Origin: Basidiobolus meristosporus CBS 931.73
Lineage: Eukaryota; Fungi; Basidiobolomycota
Assembly: GCA_002104905.1 (NCBI GenBank)
Contig: MCFE01000318.1
Coordinates: 1-64,000 of the forward strand
Length of the DNA stretch: 64,000 nucleotides
Direction of reading: 5' to 3'
Shown here: positions 61,497 through 64,000 of the stretch, one piece after another
Layout: each line of letters begins with the position of its first letter
How positions within the stretch are numbered: the first letter of the stretch is position 1
The notes under the pieces: generated by a model
What the model saw: the letters and a program-made list of their open reading frames with translations, nothing else
Database searches by the model: none
What the model was told of the DNA's origin: nothing
Position numbers and translations under genes: made by a program

Positions 61497-62550
61497 GAGG
61501 CACCTATGGCGGAAGTAGCAGCAACCAATCATATGCTAGCAATACATTTGTCACCAGCAATACAAGTTATATGGAAACTCTGCAAGTATCACACCATAAA
61601 GCTGTAAAGCTGAGGTGATAGAAGTATATCAATTGCAGCAGGTGTGCATGATTGTAGAGGCTAGTAAACTGGAGGCCATAATATTTTTTGATTCAAATCA
61701 CAAGTGGAATACCAAAGGCAGTAGTAGGTAAGCAAATAAAGAGGTGTGATTCTACAGTAGAATATATGAATTGCCCAAGGGGAGGTAGAAGGAGGATGTA
61801 CCATATATTAACTTGGTGTAGTTGCATTATGCAGAACTAGCTGGAGGCTGCCATACTGTTGTGATAATACCATCAGAGGCTTGCACTGAGGCCTTAAAAG
61901 CACTGTCAAGCTTTTTGCCACATAAGGCAATTGGATGTACTTGCCAGTTAGATCCACACATATAGTTGTAGAGTGCTTCAAGACCCCAACAATCCCATGC
62001 AACCCTAGGGAATACACCTGCCCAAACACCTTTAAGTTTTTTAACTTTATTTGGCTGTAAATTTAGCCAAAGAGGATTTCAATCCTTTCATAAGATTGTG
62101 TAGAAGGTCATTGATTCTAAGCTGTTGGTAGTATGACACTTCCTGATAGATTCTTGATGGCCAATCTGGAGCGGATCTACTGGTGGGACCAAATTATTTT
62201 TTATGGTGCTAGCCATACTTGTAACTTGTACAAGCTGACTCACATGAGCTTATAATACATTTAGGCTCACATCAGCCCTTTGAATATGGCCAACAGAGTG
62301 ATAGCTCTGAAGAAGAAGGCTTGCTAGTTGACTGAGAGCCTATCTCCCCTGACAACAGTACCCTGTGTCAGCCTGTGAAAATCTAAATGTACAATGAAAA
62401 AACACTTGAGGAAAAGAAGCTAAGGATGCTTTATGGAGCCAAGCAAGCTCAGTAGTCCACTAACTAGTGAAAGATGCAATGAAGTGGTTGGAGAAGTGGT
62501 GTGCTTAGCACCAATATTAGTAATGAGGGCTTTGTGAATTTACTGCTGTT
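61497..62550 (+). mobile_element. CMC fragments: left-arm region ending in a decayed TIR (~62193), then a transposase N-terminal piece
   Basis: 61497-62190 is the reverse of ~38650-39360; 62200-62550 is the reverse of ~41270-41600. Confidence 0.75.
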
Positions 62551-62559
62551 ACAAGTCTT

Positions 62560-64000
62560 AGTATAAGAGCTGTAGAGGAATAGGGAGTTTAGCTAGTATT
62601 GTATTCACTAAAAGCTGAACTGATTTATATTGAGGTTCCCACAGCTCTTTACACAATTTTGCCAAATCAATTGCTGACTAATTGTATTTCCTAATGTAGG
62701 TTGTAGCCAATGACTCCTTTGATTGCTTCATCATCATTCAATAAGATTCTGCTTAATATATCTTTTTCTGTCTAATAAGGATCTGCTGATTCATTTGCTG
62801 ACTAATGCTACTGATTTGATAGATAACACTGATATACTGATAGGCTAAACCTATAACTAGTTGATTTAACTAAACACTGATCTAACTTAAACATTCAAGC
62901 GGTAGATCATAACTTTCTCCCCTACTACAGTTGCACAGGCTCTCCTGAGTATCCTTTCTTGTGATGCCAGTATCTGAATGGTTCAGAATTGTTGGTAAGT
63001 CTTGCAAGTGTGGGTCTCTCTCTATGAGTTAAATCTTTCCAGATATTCCCATGCTTGGGCACTAGTTGGTGAGTTACAAATGGACATTCTCTAATGAACT
63101 TGAAAAGTCCCTTCCATTGCGTCTCAAACTTCTTCTGAGTGTTGTTTCTGTTGAAGTATTGGACTATTTTGTATCATTTGGCAGCTAAAAACTTACTTAA
63201 CAATTCTGGACTAGTCTTGGTCACTGTGGGACTAATTTATAGCTCTAACTTTGCCACTTTCTTCAGATTTATGATCTTATGATTATTCCACTGTAGTCAG
63301 GATCAAATTAGCACTATTACAGAACATCATATACTAACCCTGAAACTGTTACAGAATCCTCCTGAATATTGAGAAACCTTCCTTACTTAGTGTTACAATT
63401 ATATTACTTCTACAAAGGTATATATACTGAGCTTCCTTATTAATAACAACAGTTCCACTATTATCACTACTTCCTGATAAGTTCCTTATATCCAAATCAC
63501 TTCTAAAATTGCAACAGTTTCTCAGCAATTCAAAGTTCCCAACTGTTAATTCTTTGGGTGATATAGTCTTATCAAATCTCTACTTCATCTTTCCTGCACT
63601 TTGAGATACTTTGACATGTGCCATATGACATCTTTGTTCCAGCTGCTGGAGTATGCTTGTCTGACTGAGCTCATCTTCTAAGACATCTGTAAGCTTTGGT
63701 TATGTGAGATCTGCTGGATTCCTTGGTCCACATATATACACTAAGTAAAATGGCAATTGTTGTGTGGTGTTGTGTACCCTCACTCTGCATGCAAAAAGTG
63801 TCATGTCCATATACTCATCCCATCTACTGACAGATCCATTTGCATACTTGGACAGCATTTTTCCAAATAATCTATTCAAACACTCAGTGACTCCATCAGT
63901 TCTAGGGTGATATGCCAAGATTTTCAAGTGTTTGATCTGCTGCATTTCCAGATACGCTTCCAATGCCTTTGCCATAAAGTTTACCTCTTGATTGGATGGA
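62560..64000 (-). mobile_element. Ty3/gypsy integrase 3' part, degenerate; runs off the window
   Basis: ORF 63700-63975 (AYHPRTDGVTECLNR..WDEY....LFA.R...H.TT...PFYLVY); GPF-like KFETQWKGLFK at ~63100-63135; PPT-like AGGGGAGAAAG at ~62913-62924. LTR limits uncertain. Confidence 0.8.

Overview
Eukaryotic (fungal) DNA, probably from an early-diverging lineage (inferred from short GT-AG introns with CTAAC branch points and the protein sequences). The window has two sharply different halves. Positions 1-~20 kb are a compact, CpG-normal gene block: a NAP/SET chaperone, XRCC2, DIC1, RPL15, ATP12, a SYN8-like SNARE, a TPR-F-box-LRR gene, NPC2, PPP4R2, a PSP1-domain gene, RPL3 and a C2H2 factor. An unexplained 2-kb stretch follows. 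From ~22.65 kb to the end is an AT-rich, CpG-depleted block of nested transposons: a Ty1/copia family (one full-length copy with CATGG TSD), a CACTA/CMC-type DNA transposon family with CCCTA termini and divergent transposase/ORF2, a complete 3.4-kb PIF/Harbinger-ISL2EU (PHIS)-type element with ATT TSD plus its MITE, and several Ty3/gypsy LTR families. Main leads: (1) every scorable insertion of two related gypsy LTR families has a 4-bp TSD with CpG in the middle, in a region that has lost almost all CpG; (2) the PHIS transposase ORF is intact and essentially CpG-free, and is paired with an unrecognised, CpG-rich second ORF; (3) a perfect CArG (MADS-box) palindrome is conserved in the gypsy LTRs. 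All coordinates and alignments were read by eye, without tools.
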